DNA from: Candidatus Bathyarchaeota archaeon
GTDB taxonomy: Archaea > Thermoproteota > Bathyarchaeia > Bathyarchaeales > Bathycorpusculaceae
Length of the DNA: 64,000 bases
Direction of reading: 5' to 3'
Assembly: GCA_963717465.1 (NCBI GenBank)
Contig: OY970340.1
Coordinates: 1,568,001-1,632,000, forward strand
The notes beneath the pieces are model-generated. The model worked only from the letters and a program-made list of their open reading frames with translations. It was not told where the DNA came from and made no database searches. This document shows positions 41,263 to 52,362 of the stretch, in pieces. Position 1 is the stretch's first letter. Each line of letters begins with the position of its first letter. Both the position numbers and the translations under genes were made by a program.

Positions 41263-41961
41263 TTATGGAAGCATTTTTTCTCTTCTAATCAGCCTGCTTG
41301 ACAAAATCAAAAGCACAATTGATAACGCACCAACTACGCCGGCAATAAGCAGCTCAATTAAGACACCGGTAAAAAACGGTAAAATAGCCGCAAGTAAGAG
41401 AGTGAGAGCGATAATCGGCATGCCAAGCGTTAAAGCAAGAGGACTATTTGCGCCTACTCTCTGCTTTAGCAACGAGCTGAAATCAACCATAGCGACTGTA
41501 ACAAATGAAACGACTGAGAAACCTAATGCGGCGGTAACAGCTGACACCACTAAACTTAAAATGAGGGTAACCGATGTTCCTATAACCACACTTACTGCAA
41601 CATTGACGGCTAATTCGTAAATAAAAATAGTAAGCGCCAAGAAGAGCGCGGCTTCTAAGTAGCGCTTAAAGATGTCGTGTTGATTCCAACCAAGCGAAAG
41701 CAAGTACTCCAAAACCCCGTTGTTTTTGTCATAAACATACAGCAAAATAATAGGGATTGAGGAAAGAAGAATTCCCTCAGCCATAAGAGAAACAGAAAAG
41801 AGCGCGGCTTGGCCATTTGCAAGGACAAGCCCATTTATAGTTAAATGGTTGCCGGCGTTAAATAACAAGATCCCGGCAGAAGCAATGACAATCCCCATTA
41901 CAAATTGTATTTTGCTTAAACTGAGGCTTCGCTTGGCAAAAATCAAAGCATTATTAGGCAA
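41263..41961 (-). CDS. ABC-2-type permease-like membrane protein
   Basis: About 6 TM; DKNNGVLEYLLSLG motif; overlaps the ATPase stop. Confidence 0.75.
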   Translation of the reverse strand: MPNNALIFAKRSLSLSKIQFVMGIVIASAGILLFNAGNHLTINGLVLANGQAALFSVSLMAEGILLSSIPIILLYVYDKNNGVLEYLLSLGWNQHDIFKRYLEAALFLALTIFIYELAVNVAVSVVIGTSVTLILSLVVSAVTAALGFSVVSFVTVAMVDFSSLLKQRVGANSPLALTLGMPIIALTLLLAAILPFFTGVLIELLIAGVVGALSIVLLILSSRLIRREKMLP

Positions 41962-42841
41962 CTTGCTGTGACTCCTTTTGTGTTTTTTCTACGTTTACGT
42001 TTGGTGTCTCGAAAAGTTCTTGCAATGGATTATCTAGCTGGCGCATTTCAGTGACTAAAATACCATTTTCGACCAGTTTTTTCAAAGCAAGCCCTGCGTC
42101 CTCAGGGCTAGATACATTCAAAACAAAGTAATCGCCCTCACGTTGGGCATCAACAATCTTAGATATGTCCGTTGAGGCTTTGATACCTACTCGGTATTGT
42201 TTAGGTTTAATGTTTGAGATCTTATCAAAAAATGTTACGGAACCATTTTTGATTAAAATCAGGTAAGTGCCAATGTCCGTTGCTTCATAGAGGTTATGTG
42301 AAGAGTACAGAATCATTTTATCCTTACTTAATTTTAGAATGATATCTCGAATTTCCTTTGAAACTGCTGGGTCTAAATTCGCGGTGGGTTCATCCAGCAA
42401 ATACAAATCTCTTTCGCACAGAAACACCTTTGCGATGGCAGCTCGCTTCTTTTGTCCTTGCGAAAGGTCAGAGAAACGCTTATTTTTCAGTTGGTCAAGG
42501 TCCAGCAAATCAATCGCGTTATCAGGATCGCCACCTTCCATATCAGCGTAAAACTTCAATGCGTTAAATACCGTCATCTCTTCAGGCATCGCATTTTGCG
42601 AGAAGAAGCTCATTCTTTTTCTGGCTTCACGCGAGTTAGTTATGTTTTGGCCATCAAGAAGAATTTCGCCGCTGAATGGCTCTAATACGCCTGCGATTGT
42701 TCTAAACAATGTTGTCTTGCCTGCGCCGTTTGGCCCTAAAACAACGTATATTGATGGCTCTTTCAGTTTAAAGCTGATATCGTGTAAAATGGCTTGCCCG
42801 TTGTAACCAGAAGTTATGTTATTCAATTCCAAAGTATGCAT
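41954..42841 (-). CDS. ABC transporter ATP-binding protein
   Basis: GPNGAGKTT, LSQGQ, LLDEPT, SSH. Confidence 0.93.
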   Translation of the reverse strand: MHTLELNNITSGYNGQAILHDISFKLKEPSIYVVLGPNGAGKTTLFRTIAGVLEPFSGEILLDGQNITNSREARKRMSFFSQNAMPEEMTVFNALKFYADMEGGDPDNAIDLLDLDQLKNKRFSDLSQGQKKRAAIAKVFLCERDLYLLDEPTANLDPAVSKEIRDIILKLSKDKMILYSSHNLYEATDIGTYLILIKNGSVTFFDKISNIKPKQYRVGIKASTDISKIVDAQREGDYFVLNVSSPEDAGLALKKLVENGILVTEMRQLDNPLQELFETPNVNVEKTQKESQQVA

Positions 42842-42970
42842 TTTTATTCACCTTTTTTTTGATTTCATAATCCGAATCAGCTCTACCCTGCTTGTTTTGC
42901 TCATCGCGCGCGATGCTCATTATCGCACCACTTTTCTGGCGACAATTATAACGCGCGCACTAATCCCTTA

Positions 42971-44665
42971 TCATTTTTTTTCTTTTGGCTTATTTTCTGT
43001 TTGGCCATAGACGTATTTACCGCCTCTAAGCATCGAGAGGATGGCTGCTATAAAGCACATTATAGCGCCTGCAATAAACACTTCTTTTAGTGAATTCATA
43101 AACGGCGAGGCAATGGCGTTTGGAAAGAACGCTGTTTGTGTGAGTTTTTGAATGGCGGTTGCAGGTATGCTACTAATGACTGAGTGCGGCAATGTTCCTA
43201 GTATAGTTTGAATGGGGTTGTAACCTAAGAGTGCTCCGAATAAAGCAGCGGTTGCAGGGGTAGAACTTAGAACTTTGGCAATTTGCAAAGAAGCGCCAGC
43301 ATTTGTTACCGCCAAAGATAGGGCGCCTGGAAGAGTGCCATTGAGGGCTACTATTACGATAGTGAAGAATAATGCTTGGCCTATTGTTTGAGCGCTGTTT
43401 TGGAGTGTTGCACGCATGCCTGATGCGGCGCCTCGATGTTCAGGCGGAACACTATTCATAATCGCCGCCGCGTTAGGCGAAATGAAGAGGCCGCTACCTA
43501 TACCCATTATAAAGAGTATCATCCCGAAGGCTAAGCATGCAAAATTGACTTGGAGAAAGGCAAAGGCGATAAATGTTAACCCAGTAACGACATTGCCCAT
43601 TGTAGCGAGTGTTCTCGCGCCATACTTATCTGATAACCAACCGCTAATTGGACCTGCAATGACAAATCCAATTGTCATTGGTATAATGAATATTCCTGCC
43701 CAGAACGGCGTTGAATCGTAGCTGTAGCCATTTAGTGGAAGCCAGATGCCTTGAAGTAGTACTACAAGCATAATCATGACTCCTCCACGGGCCATGGAAT
43801 TTAAGAACGATGCGATGTTACCTATACTGAACGCTCTTATTTTGAAAAGTTCAAGTCTAAACAATGGTTCAGCAACATGTCGTTCGATAAAGGGGAATGC
43901 GACGAGAAGTCCTGCTCCAATAACCAAGGAAGCAATTACAAATGGGCTGCTCCAGCCCATAGCTGAACTGCCATAAGGCAATAGCCCGTAAGTTATTCCT
44001 ATCAAGATAAGGGTTAAACCGGCACCTAAGGTTATGTTTCCCCAAATGTCCAATTTCTGGTGATGCTTAATTGTGGCGAGTTCCTTTAGTTTCCAGTAAG
44101 ACCAAACGGTACCGACCACACCCACTGGAACATTCACAAGGAATACTAATCGCCAATCGTATGTTGCTAGAATTCCGCCAAGCGCCAAGCCAATCAATGA
44201 ACCAGCCAAAGAAGCTACCGAATTGATGCCTAACGCTTTTCCGCGTTCATTGACCGGGAACGAGTCAGTAATTATGGCGGCGCTGTTTGCAAGGAGAAAT
44301 GCTCCGCCAACGCCTTGGATGAGTCTAAATGCGATTAGTTCGATTGCTCCCAGATTGCCTTGGTTTGGTGTTATGGCGCAAAGGATTGAGCCTGCTGTAA
44401 ATATGGCAAATCCTAAGTTGTATAGTTTGACTCTTCCGAGCATGTCTGATATTCTGCCGAAGGTTACGAGCAAGGTTGCGGTTACGATGCTGTAGCCGAA
44501 TAGTATCCAGAGCAGATATTGAAAAGAAGTAAACGGATTAACGTTTAAACCTCTGAAAATAGCTGGCAAGGCTATCAGAACAATAGTTGCGTCAATCGTA
44601 GCCATTAGTGTGCCTATGGTTGTGTTTGAAAGGGCGACCCATTTGTATTCAACCATACTGCTCAC
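42971..44665 (-). CDS. MFS transporter, DHA2 (14-TM) family
   Basis: [40 protein letters not shown]. Confidence 0.92.
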   Translation of the reverse strand: MSSMVEYKWVALSNTTIGTLMATIDATIVLIALPAIFRGLNVNPFTSFQYLLWILFGYSIVTATLLVTFGRISDMLGRVKLYNLGFAIFTAGSILCAITPNQGNLGAIELIAFRLIQGVGGAFLLANSAAIITDSFPVNERGKALGINSVASLAGSLIGLALGGILATYDWRLVFLVNVPVGVVGTVWSYWKLKELATIKHHQKLDIWGNITLGAGLTLILIGITYGLLPYGSSAMGWSSPFVIASLVIGAGLLVAFPFIERHVAEPLFRLELFKIRAFSIGNIASFLNSMARGGVMIMLVVLLQGIWLPLNGYSYDSTPFWAGIFIIPMTIGFVIAGPISGWLSDKYGARTLATMGNVVTGLTFIAFAFLQVNFACLAFGMILFIMGIGSGLFISPNAAAIMNSVPPEHRGAASGMRATLQNSAQTIGQALFFTIVIVALNGTLPGALSLAVTNAGASLQIAKVLSSTPATAALFGALLGYNPIQTILGTLPHSVISSIPATAIQKLTQTAFFPNAIASPFMNSLKEVFIAGAIMCFIAAILSMLRGGKYVYGQTENKPKEKK

Positions 44666-44769
44666 TTCGGTTCTTTTTCTTTTAACTGAATGATGTCAGT
44701 GCGGATTAATCTTATAGCGAGCATATTCGCTACACAAATTATTTATTGAATGAAAGTGATTTAAATCAC

Positions 44770-45501
44770 ATGCGCAGGCTAGTTGTAGAATGGTCAATAA
44801 ACGAATCAATCAAAAAAATCAAGGATCGAGAAATCGAGAGACTCAAAATATCTGGAGCGGATGACAATTCCGAATTAATCAAAAAAGCTCAATTGACTGA
44901 ACTAAACAGGCTCGAAACCATGAAAAAAATCAAGTCATTTGAGATGCTACACATTTTACGACTTGATTCCTCTGAAACTGCAGCCATATTCAGACTAGAA
45001 GCCAAGGATGACTCTTTGGAAGTTGAGGAACTTCTGAAGTCACTTCTTCACAACATCAAATTTGAATGTCAGCTTTTAGAGCGTGATAGAGGCGCTTGCA
45101 TCTACTTTATCAAGGGAAACCCGGCTCAGTCAACTTCGGGAACGTCTAACAGAAGCGGAATGTACCCCCTGTTGCCTTTTGCTGTCAGGGATGGAAAAGT
45201 TAGAGTTACCCTTGTCGGAGATAATGAGCAGGTTAAGGGGTTCCTTGAAACTATGGGAGTTAACTACAAGGTGTTGTCGCTGACGGATGCCAAATTTTCA
45301 CTCAATTCGCCGATCAGTCGCTTGACTGAAAAGCAGCAGGAAGCGATTTCTTTAGCTTTTAGGCTTGGCTACTTTGATACACCCAGAAAAGTAAGCGCAG
45401 ATGAGCTGGCAGCAAAGCTTGGTCTTGCGAGTTCTACTTTAGCTGTTCATTTGAGAAGAGCCGAACGACGCCTGCTTTCAGAAACACTGAACACCGCCTA
45501 A
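44770..45501 (+). CDS. HTH_10 (bacterio-opsin activator-like) transcription regulator
   Basis: C-terminal LTEKQQEAISLAFRLGYFDTPRK...ELA...STLAVHLRRAE. Confidence 0.88.
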   Translation: MRRLVVEWSINESIKKIKDREIERLKISGADDNSELIKKAQLTELNRLETMKKIKSFEMLHILRLDSSETAAIFRLEAKDDSLEVEELLKSLLHNIKFECQLLERDRGACIYFIKGNPAQSTSGTSNRSGMYPLLPFAVRDGKVRVTLVGDNEQVKGFLETMGVNYKVLSLTDAKFSLNSPISRLTEKQQEAISLAFRLGYFDTPRKVSADELAAKLGLASSTLAVHLRRAERRLLSETLNTA

Positions 45502-45629
45502 AACCAGTAAAAGAAGCGCGCTGAGTCTTAGCCGTATTCTTAATCCTTTGAAGAGGTCTTTTTTAAGGCGGCTGATTTTCTAGGGATTCTTTGTAGGGAT
45601 ATCCATTCCTGGTTAAGAATCCCCATTTG

Positions 45630-45905
45630 TCAGGATACGCAGGGGAATCTTAGTATGAGACTTGGATTCGACCTGATGAGAATTGCCGCATTGGCTTTTG
45701 AGTCTTCTTCATTCATGTTATAGATTTGCGGGAAAAATTTCCTTGAAATAAACTCGTAAACTCTGGCGTATTGGCTTGTTTTAAATAAGCCATCAACTTG
45801 GTTTTGACAGTGAGTGCAGTATCTTGCGTCAAATTTGGATGGTTCCCCATCATTTACCATGTCAATATTGCAGTTGGCACATCTTTTTTGATCCGATTCA
45901 CCCAT
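45630..45905 (-). CDS. Small hypothetical protein with two CxxC motifs
   Basis: CANC and CTHC; GAGGT RBS-like sequence upstream of the ATG. Confidence 0.55.
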   Translation of the reverse strand: MGESDQKRCANCNIDMVNDGEPSKFDARYCTHCQNQVDGLFKTSQYARVYEFISRKFFPQIYNMNEEDSKANAAILIRSNPSLILRFPCVS

Positions 45906-46072
45906 ACTTTTACCTCAAATCTTGCGAGCATCTTCAGATTTACGTACTTCTGATTTTTAGACAAGTAATCTTTCTCTTAAACAATGGTTATTATCAGGAT
46001 TGACTGACCATTCATCGCGCAATGCTAAGGCTTTAGGTGTTTAATGAAAACTGGTTAACCCGATTATGCTTT

Positions 46073-47008
46073 CTAGAAAAGCCATGGATATAATCGTCTT
46101 GCCGTTTCTGTCACGATGGCTGGCGCGATTACTCCTTCTTCGCAGATTAAGCCGTGAATTAAATCGCGTCGAGTAACATCGAAAGCTGGGTTGCAGACGT
46201 TTAGTTTAGCTGGGGCGTCTTCCCAGACTTCTTTTGGATTTCGCATTTCAATTTTCTCATAATCTCCGCATAAGGTTGTTGGATCGTATTTTAAGAGTTC
46301 TGATGCAACGTAGAAGGGTTTTCTTGCTTCCTTGGCTAAAACGGCAAGTGTGCCTGTGCCAATCTTGTTTACCACATTTCCCTCTGCAGTAATTGCGTCA
46401 GCGCCTACTATGACAATATCCGCTTTGCTTATGTATGATCGAGCGGCTGAATCAACAATAAAAGTGGTTTCCACTCCAAGCTCTAAGAGTTCTTTAGCTG
46501 TTATCCTTCCTTGAAGGGCAGGTCTTGTTTCGGTGCAGATAACCTTGAAGTTTCTGCCATCTTTTTTTGCTAATGCTAACATGCGAGTTACAGTTGAGGA
46601 GTGACAGTGAGTAAAAACCGTGTAACCATCGCGGATTCGCCTGGAGCCTATCTGCGCAACAAGTTCTCGCGAATTTTCAAGATTCTTCAAGAACTGTTCA
46701 GCGCTTGCCGAAACAGTTTTGCCAAGCAGCTTCATGTTTTTATCGCGGCTGTTTTCAACTTGAGTAATTATCCATCTAACAGCATTTCTCATCAGCGGCT
46801 CAGTTTCTCTTGAAGCAAAAAGAACACTTTGAGCTTGGGAGAGTTCGCTTAAAAACTCAGTTTTAGTTTTTGCTTCTGTCTGTTCAGCCAAAGTTTGAAG
46901 GGCTTTAATTGCTGCTATTGCAACGTTTCTTGCCCCTTGAACTTGCAGTTTCCTTATTTTTTCAGCTGTGGCGCTGATGGTTTCAGTCATTTTGCTCATC
47001 CTTTGCAA
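46073..47008 (-). CDS. Ribose-1,5-bisphosphate isomerase (eIF-2B-like family)
   Basis: VQGA, THCHSS, ETRP, VGADAI, NKIGT, NPAFDVT; RuBisCO about 5 kb away. Confidence 0.8.
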   Translation of the reverse strand: MQRMSKMTETISATAEKIRKLQVQGARNVAIAAIKALQTLAEQTEAKTKTEFLSELSQAQSVLFASRETEPLMRNAVRWIITQVENSRDKNMKLLGKTVSASAEQFLKNLENSRELVAQIGSRRIRDGYTVFTHCHSSTVTRMLALAKKDGRNFKVICTETRPALQGRITAKELLELGVETTFIVDSAARSYISKADIVIVGADAITAEGNVVNKIGTGTLAVLAKEARKPFYVASELLKYDPTTLCGDYEKIEMRNPKEVWEDAPAKLNVCNPAFDVTRRDLIHGLICEEGVIAPAIVTETARRLYPWLF

Positions 47009-47080
47009 AAATGTTTTGGCTTTGTAAGGTATGCATGGAGAAGCATATAAGCCGATTGAACTGTTACTATTGCGAAGAAA

Positions 47081-48220
47081 ATGTCGTCGCCAACCGATGG
47101 TAACCTTGACGTTTTAAACTCCATAATTGGGCCTTGGTACGAGTCTCTTGAGAATCCTCAAAAATCACAAGAGCAAGTGCTAACCCAATTACTTAGCAAG
47201 TACGCCGTTTCAGATTATGGCCAAAACCACAAAGCAACTAAAGTAGTAGGCATCGCTGATTTCCGTAAGAATTTTCCGATAATTAATTACCAGGGGCTAC
47301 TGCCGTACATTGCACAAATTCAGAACGGAAACTACAAGGCATTCCTTTCTGAACCGCCTGATTGCTGGGTTATGACTCGGGGTTCGACCGGAAAATCCAA
47401 AGTCATGCCCGCAACGCAAACCCATTTGAAACAAATCTTCAGTTGCGGCGCAAGAGGCTTAGTAAATTTTGCAGTTAAGAAGCAGAACTTTGAGGCTTTT
47501 TCTGGTTACATTCTTAACTTGAATTTTCCCTCAAGCGTTCATACACTTGTTCAGAACAACAAGAAGATCAATTATGGCTATAGCTCTGGAACGTATGCTA
47601 GGCTTAATCCCATGTTTAATCAGGTAAGCTTGCTTCCACGTCAAGAGGATATTGACGCTATAGGTCAAGGAATTGGAAAAGCGGACTGGGAGAAACGTTT
47701 TGAACTTGTCTATCAGCAAGCTCTTGACAAGAATGTAACTGCCACTATGGGTGTCACCCCGGTGATTATCTCTTTCGCGAGGTACATTCAAAAGAAGCAC
47801 GGTAAGAAGCCTCGTGAATTATGGAAGCCTCAAGCCTTTTTCTGCACAAGCGTGCGAAAGATACAGTTCAAATATGGGCCTATTTTAAGAAAATATTATG
47901 GTGATGCTCCTATTGTGGAAATGTACTCTGCGACGGAAGGGGTTTTTGCCCAGCAGCTTGATGATTTACCGTATGTGACGCCTAATTATGATACTTACTT
48001 TTTTGAAGTTGTTACAGGAAGTGGCGTGAAGATGCTTCATGAGCTTAAGCGTGGTGAATGGGGTAGACTTATTATTTCTTCGTGTATGCTTCCACGATAC
48101 GATATTGGGGACATGGTTGAATCTGCAGGAAAAAATTATTTTCGAATATTTGGTCGAGCAGATACTTTGAATATTTTAGAGCACAGGATATACCGATTGT
48201 TCTTTAATTGGCTTCTTTAA
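47081..48220 (+). CDS. GH3 auxin-responsive-promoter-like (ANL adenylating) protein
   Basis: FPIINY, TRGSTGKSK, YSATEG, RYDIGD, FGR. Confidence 0.75.
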   Translation: MSSPTDGNLDVLNSIIGPWYESLENPQKSQEQVLTQLLSKYAVSDYGQNHKATKVVGIADFRKNFPIINYQGLLPYIAQIQNGNYKAFLSEPPDCWVMTRGSTGKSKVMPATQTHLKQIFSCGARGLVNFAVKKQNFEAFSGYILNLNFPSSVHTLVQNNKKINYGYSSGTYARLNPMFNQVSLLPRQEDIDAIGQGIGKADWEKRFELVYQQALDKNVTATMGVTPVIISFARYIQKKHGKKPRELWKPQAFFCTSVRKIQFKYGPILRKYYGDAPIVEMYSATEGVFAQQLDDLPYVTPNYDTYFFEVVTGSGVKMLHELKRGEWGRLIISSCMLPRYDIGDMVESAGKNYFRIFGRADTLNILEHRIYRLFFNWLL

Positions 48221-48651
48221 GTTGGCGGTGGATTTCGTCTTCGAGCTGTAGTTGAATAGTATATAGCCGCGACTATAACAATTATGCCAATCATTAGCAA
48301 GATCAAAGCTCCGCTTGTCGTCGAAGTCAAGTAGCCACTAACTTGCAAGAGTGCGAAAAAGCCGATTATAATCAGCAGTAAACCACCAATTAGCCAGCCG
48401 GCAAAGCCGTATTCTCCTTTCTCATGCTTTTCACCTGCTTCACCTTTTTCCTCCTTCTCATGTTTCTCCTGCTTCTCCTGTTTTTCTTGCTTCTCATCTT
48501 TCTCGTCTCTGCCTTGGTAAGGTGGAGGTGCTGAAGGTGCAGGTGCTGCTTGAGTTCCCCCAATCCTTAGAGGTGCCCCGCATTTTGGGCAGAACGCCAT
48601 ATTTTCATCAACTTTATTGCCACATTTTGGACAATACGACATACCGCTCAT
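48217..48651 (-). CDS. Zinc-ribbon membrane protein with EKx repeats
   Basis: YCPKCG..FCPKCG, EKDEKQEKQEKQEKHEKEEK, two C-terminal TM. Confidence 0.8.
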   Translation of the reverse strand: MSGMSYCPKCGNKVDENMAFCPKCGAPLRIGGTQAAPAPSAPPPYQGRDEKDEKQEKQEKQEKHEKEEKGEAGEKHEKGEYGFAGWLIGGLLLIIIGFFALLQVSGYLTSTTSGALILLMIGIIVIVAAIYYSTTARRRNPPPT

Positions 48652-48751
48652 CCTGCTTTATCATAAATCAGGACTCCCTATTTAAAACATCACTTTTAAA
48701 TCGAAAAATATATGTGCTTACAGCTTAAATAATGGGCTGAGGAGACAAAGC

Positions 48752-49276
48752 TTGACCAATTATTCAAGCACAAAAGCCCGTCCTAATACAACTTATACAG
48801 ATAGTGTTTCGTCAGCAGTTTCGGTTGGAGCATTTTTCATAATAATAAGCGTGATCTACATAATTCATCTTAGTCCACAATTTAATCTTTGGAACAACTT
48901 TATTTCTTTTTTAACTTCGTTTACACTCGCGCAGGTTCCTAATACAACAATATTTTGGCCCGCACCAAGTAACCCTGCAGGTTTTACAGAGCTTTACTCA
49001 GCTTTCTTCCAATTTTGCATCGCTACAGGAATCGTGAACGCGATACTGTTAATTCTGCGGTTTTGGTTTAACTCCTCAATCGATAGAAAAGCTGAAACAA
49101 TTGGGAATATAGTTTTTTGGTTTGGCACAGGTTACCTGATAACCGTTTACCTCACCAGTTCTGTAACCTTGTATACATGGTTCGTATTTTGGATTTGGGT
49201 TTTAATGGTTTTAGGGTGGTCTCTAATTGCTCGGGCTTTTGCTTTCCTAGCGAAAAGAGCGCCATCTAAAACATAG
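48752..49276 (+). CDS. Hypothetical membrane protein (about 4 TM)
   Basis: 174-aa ORF after GAGGAG RBS, hydrophobic segments, T-rich terminator after stop. Confidence 0.7.
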   Translation: MTNYSSTKARPNTTYTDSVSSAVSVGAFFIIISVIYIIHLSPQFNLWNNFISFLTSFTLAQVPNTTIFWPAPSNPAGFTELYSAFFQFCIATGIVNAILLILRFWFNSSIDRKAETIGNIVFWFGTGYLITVYLTSSVTLYTWFVFWIWVLMVLGWSLIARAFAFLAKRAPSKT

Positions 49277-49410
49277 CTCTTTTTTTTTCAATGTTATAGC
49301 AATATCAGCCGTCAGTTCATATTAAATGAATCTTGAAATCACTTAATCTTCTGTTCTTTTCACTGTCGGTTTATTAGAAATTTGCCTAAGAAAGTTATTA
49401 AAGCAAGGAT

Positions 49411-50823
49411 TTGATGCTAACTCGTGTAGGTGGGATTACCTTCAAGAAGCTTGCAGTAGCAAAATTTGGCGGCAGCTTGTTAGACACGGACGGCAAAGGA
49501 ATACCTAAAATCGTTAGACGCATAAAAGAGTTAAATGCAAAAAACGGTTTTGGGCCAATTGTTGTTTTCTCCGCACCAATGGGCTGCACTGACATGCTCA
49601 TTCACATTGGAGAATCTTACGCCCAGTCAACACCGATTCCAATTGAGCCAGTCTTTGAAGTTTACGATCAATTGGCCAAGGCTCATATTAAGAGTGAATT
49701 GCTTGAACAGGCACAAAAAGAGTTAGGCAAATACAAAGCGCTTACTTCAACTGCTCTTAAATCAATTAATAAACGCTTCAATGGAAACATTAAGGCTAAA
49801 ATACTTACGTTAGGCGGCGAATTAGCCATGTCTACGTTAGCAGACTATATTTTAAAAGTAATGATTTAGACTCGTGCAGGCTTCCATTTGAAAATTGGCC
49901 CATTGTAACTGATGATAATTTTGAGGATGCATGGCCAAATTACACTTTCAGCCTAAAAAAAATCGACTGCCCTAATCGAACCGTTAGAGGAAGGCAAAAT
50001 TGTTTCGATGGCGGGATTTTTAGGAGCAACCGCAGATGGTCTTGAAACAATCTTAGGCAGAGGCGGCTCCGATTTAACTGCGGTCTTCACTTCATGTCTA
50101 CTAAAAAACATCTACAACACTGAGACTTTACTATACAAGGATGTGCCTGTTCAAAGTGCTGACCCAAAAGTTGTGCGAGGACAAAAAACAGAACATGTAA
50201 AATCGCTAACATACAATGAAGCCCATAAAGCATCAATGATGGGCATGAAAATTGTTCAAAGCCCCGCAATCGCAATGGCAAGACGATTCACTCAGCCCTT
50301 AATTGTAGTGCCAATCAATGAGCCAGAGAAAATTTCAGTAATTCATTCGCAATCAAGCGAAGGCGAAGTTGTAAAATGCTTAACTGGAAAAGCTGGATGC
50401 GCAATACTTTCAATGAACGATGAGAAAAGCAGATCACTTGAAGATTCCCTGCGAATATGGGAGAGACGGAATGACTTCATAGATTTAGGCGCTGAAACCC
50501 TTGAAACAGGCGAAAGCATTCGCGATTTTCTTTTCTTGGACTCTGATTTCCTAAAAAAGAACGAAGAAAAACTGAAAGGATTCGACGAGAACATGAAAAT
50601 TGAATATGGGCTAGGCGTCGTCACGCTTATCGGAGACAAAATGAAGGATTCAGCGGGCATAGCTTCACTAGCTATCGGCGCAATATCAGGCATAAACATT
50701 AAACGAGGAATCTTTGCACCCCACACATCACAAATAATAATCGTCGTAAACGAGAAAAACGTTCATGCAACAGTCGCCGCAATTCACCAAAAAAAGGCAG
50801 AAATGAACAAACCCATCGATTAA
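49411..50823 (+). CDS. Aspartokinase-like amino acid kinase with two compensating frameshifts (about 49855 and 49970); start uncertain
   Basis: VAKFGGS, VFSA, GGE; intervening frame reads WPIVTDDNFEDA; GFLG..LGRGGSDLTA, KDV...ADPK; ACT-like C-terminus. Confidence 0.8.
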
Positions 50824-50988
50824 AATTAAAAACTTATTAGCATTCACGGGCAAAGCGGTGGTAACTTATTTGCGTTTTGCAGGCGTTCTTTAACTCTTCA
50901 ACTCCAACTGTGAACCAACAAATTACTAGCAATACGGAAAAATCTTGCAAAGTAAAAGCTTAGCACTTGGATTCCCAGTTTAATAGAA

Positions 50989-52353
50989 CTATTTCATTTT
51001 ATTGTAGATGGCGTTTGTTAGTGCTTCGAATGGTTTGCCTAAAAGAGAGTAACCCTTATCGCCAAGGTTTTTTCTGATATAGAATTGAGTCATGCCTTTG
51101 ATGATTGCGAACTTTAGCTTGGGCTCAGTGACTTGTGAATCAAACAATAGTTTATGCTTTATCAATTGAATATTTTTTGGTTCTTCCCATTCTTCCGAAA
51201 ACATTTCTCCTTTAAGTCTTTGAAATAAGGGGGTTCCTGGAATAGGGTACGGTAGTGTGAAAGAAAGATAATCCAATGGGATGGAAGATGCAAATTTTAC
51301 GGTGTCCAAGATTGTTTTTTCGTTTTCGCCTGGATACCCTAAAATGAAAAAAGCTCCAGCCTTAATGTTTTTCGTTTTGCATAATTGGACAGCTGAATAT
51401 GCCTGACTTGTTGTTGTTTGCTTGTTCATGATTTTAAGAATTTCATCGTTTCCTGATTCAATTCCGAAGAAAATTCTTACGCATCCAGCTTGCTTCATTT
51501 TCTCGGCAACTTCGGAATCAAATGTGTCAACTCTTGATAGACATTCCCAGCTAATTTTCAAATTGCGTTTGATTATTTCATCACAAATTCCTATGAGCCT
51601 TCTGCAATTTAAGGTAAAACAGTCATCAGCAAACCATATCCTATTATAACCCAAAGAAGCAACTTCTTCGACCTCGTCAGCCACATTTGACGCCGTTCTC
51701 GCCCTGAAATTGTTACCGAACACTGGTCTGCTACAGAAATCACAGTTAAACGGGCAACCTCTGGAAGTCATAATAGCAGTAGTCGTATAGCCAAACCTTT
51801 CAAAATAATATTTCTTGTATGCATCGTTATCAAATAGATCTCGTGAAGGAAGCGGCAAACTATCCAAGTCATCAACAAAATCGCGCGGCGAAGTATGTTT
51901 GATTTGACCTGTGTCTTTATCTTTATATACCAATCCTTTAATCTGAGACAACGCGCTACCCTTCTCGAATGCACCAACCAGTTCAAGCATCGTTTGTTCG
52001 CCTTCACCAACAACAGTAACATCGAAAGCATCGAGAAATTCTTCAGGCTGCATGGTTGGAAGCGCTCCACCTGCAACAAGAAGTTCACAATGCTCTCTTA
52101 GCAAGCGGGCTAATTCTATTGACTTGTCTTTCATTGAATACATTGATTGGATTCCGATTATTTTCGGCTTTGAATTAATAATTTTTCTAAGTGCTTCATG
52201 CTGGTCAAGAAAAGTGCAGTCTACAACTTTAACTGAAATTCCATTTTGTTTTAGAACGGCTGCAATATATCCAAGACCTAATGGTGGAAACCTAAAAATT
52301 GATGTGTCAAAACTAGGGTGAAAGTATGGGTAAACCAAGAGAACATCTGTCAT
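50989..52353 (-). CDS. Cobalamin-binding radical SAM protein
   Basis: PPLGLGYIAA, VVGEGE, TSRGCPFNCDFC, FADDCF, FGIESG. Confidence 0.9.
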   Translation of the reverse strand: MTDVLLVYPYFHPSFDTSIFRFPPLGLGYIAAVLKQNGISVKVVDCTFLDQHEALRKIINSKPKIIGIQSMYSMKDKSIELARLLREHCELLVAGGALPTMQPEEFLDAFDVTVVGEGEQTMLELVGAFEKGSALSQIKGLVYKDKDTGQIKHTSPRDFVDDLDSLPLPSRDLFDNDAYKKYYFERFGYTTTAIMTSRGCPFNCDFCSRPVFGNNFRARTASNVADEVEEVASLGYNRIWFADDCFTLNCRRLIGICDEIIKRNLKISWECLSRVDTFDSEVAEKMKQAGCVRIFFGIESGNDEILKIMNKQTTTSQAYSAVQLCKTKNIKAGAFFILGYPGENEKTILDTVKFASSIPLDYLSFTLPYPIPGTPLFQRLKGEMFSEEWEEPKNIQLIKHKLLFDSQVTEPKLKFAIIKGMTQFYIRKNLGDKGYSLLGKPFEALTNAIYNKMK

Positions 52354-52362
52354 ATAATGTGG

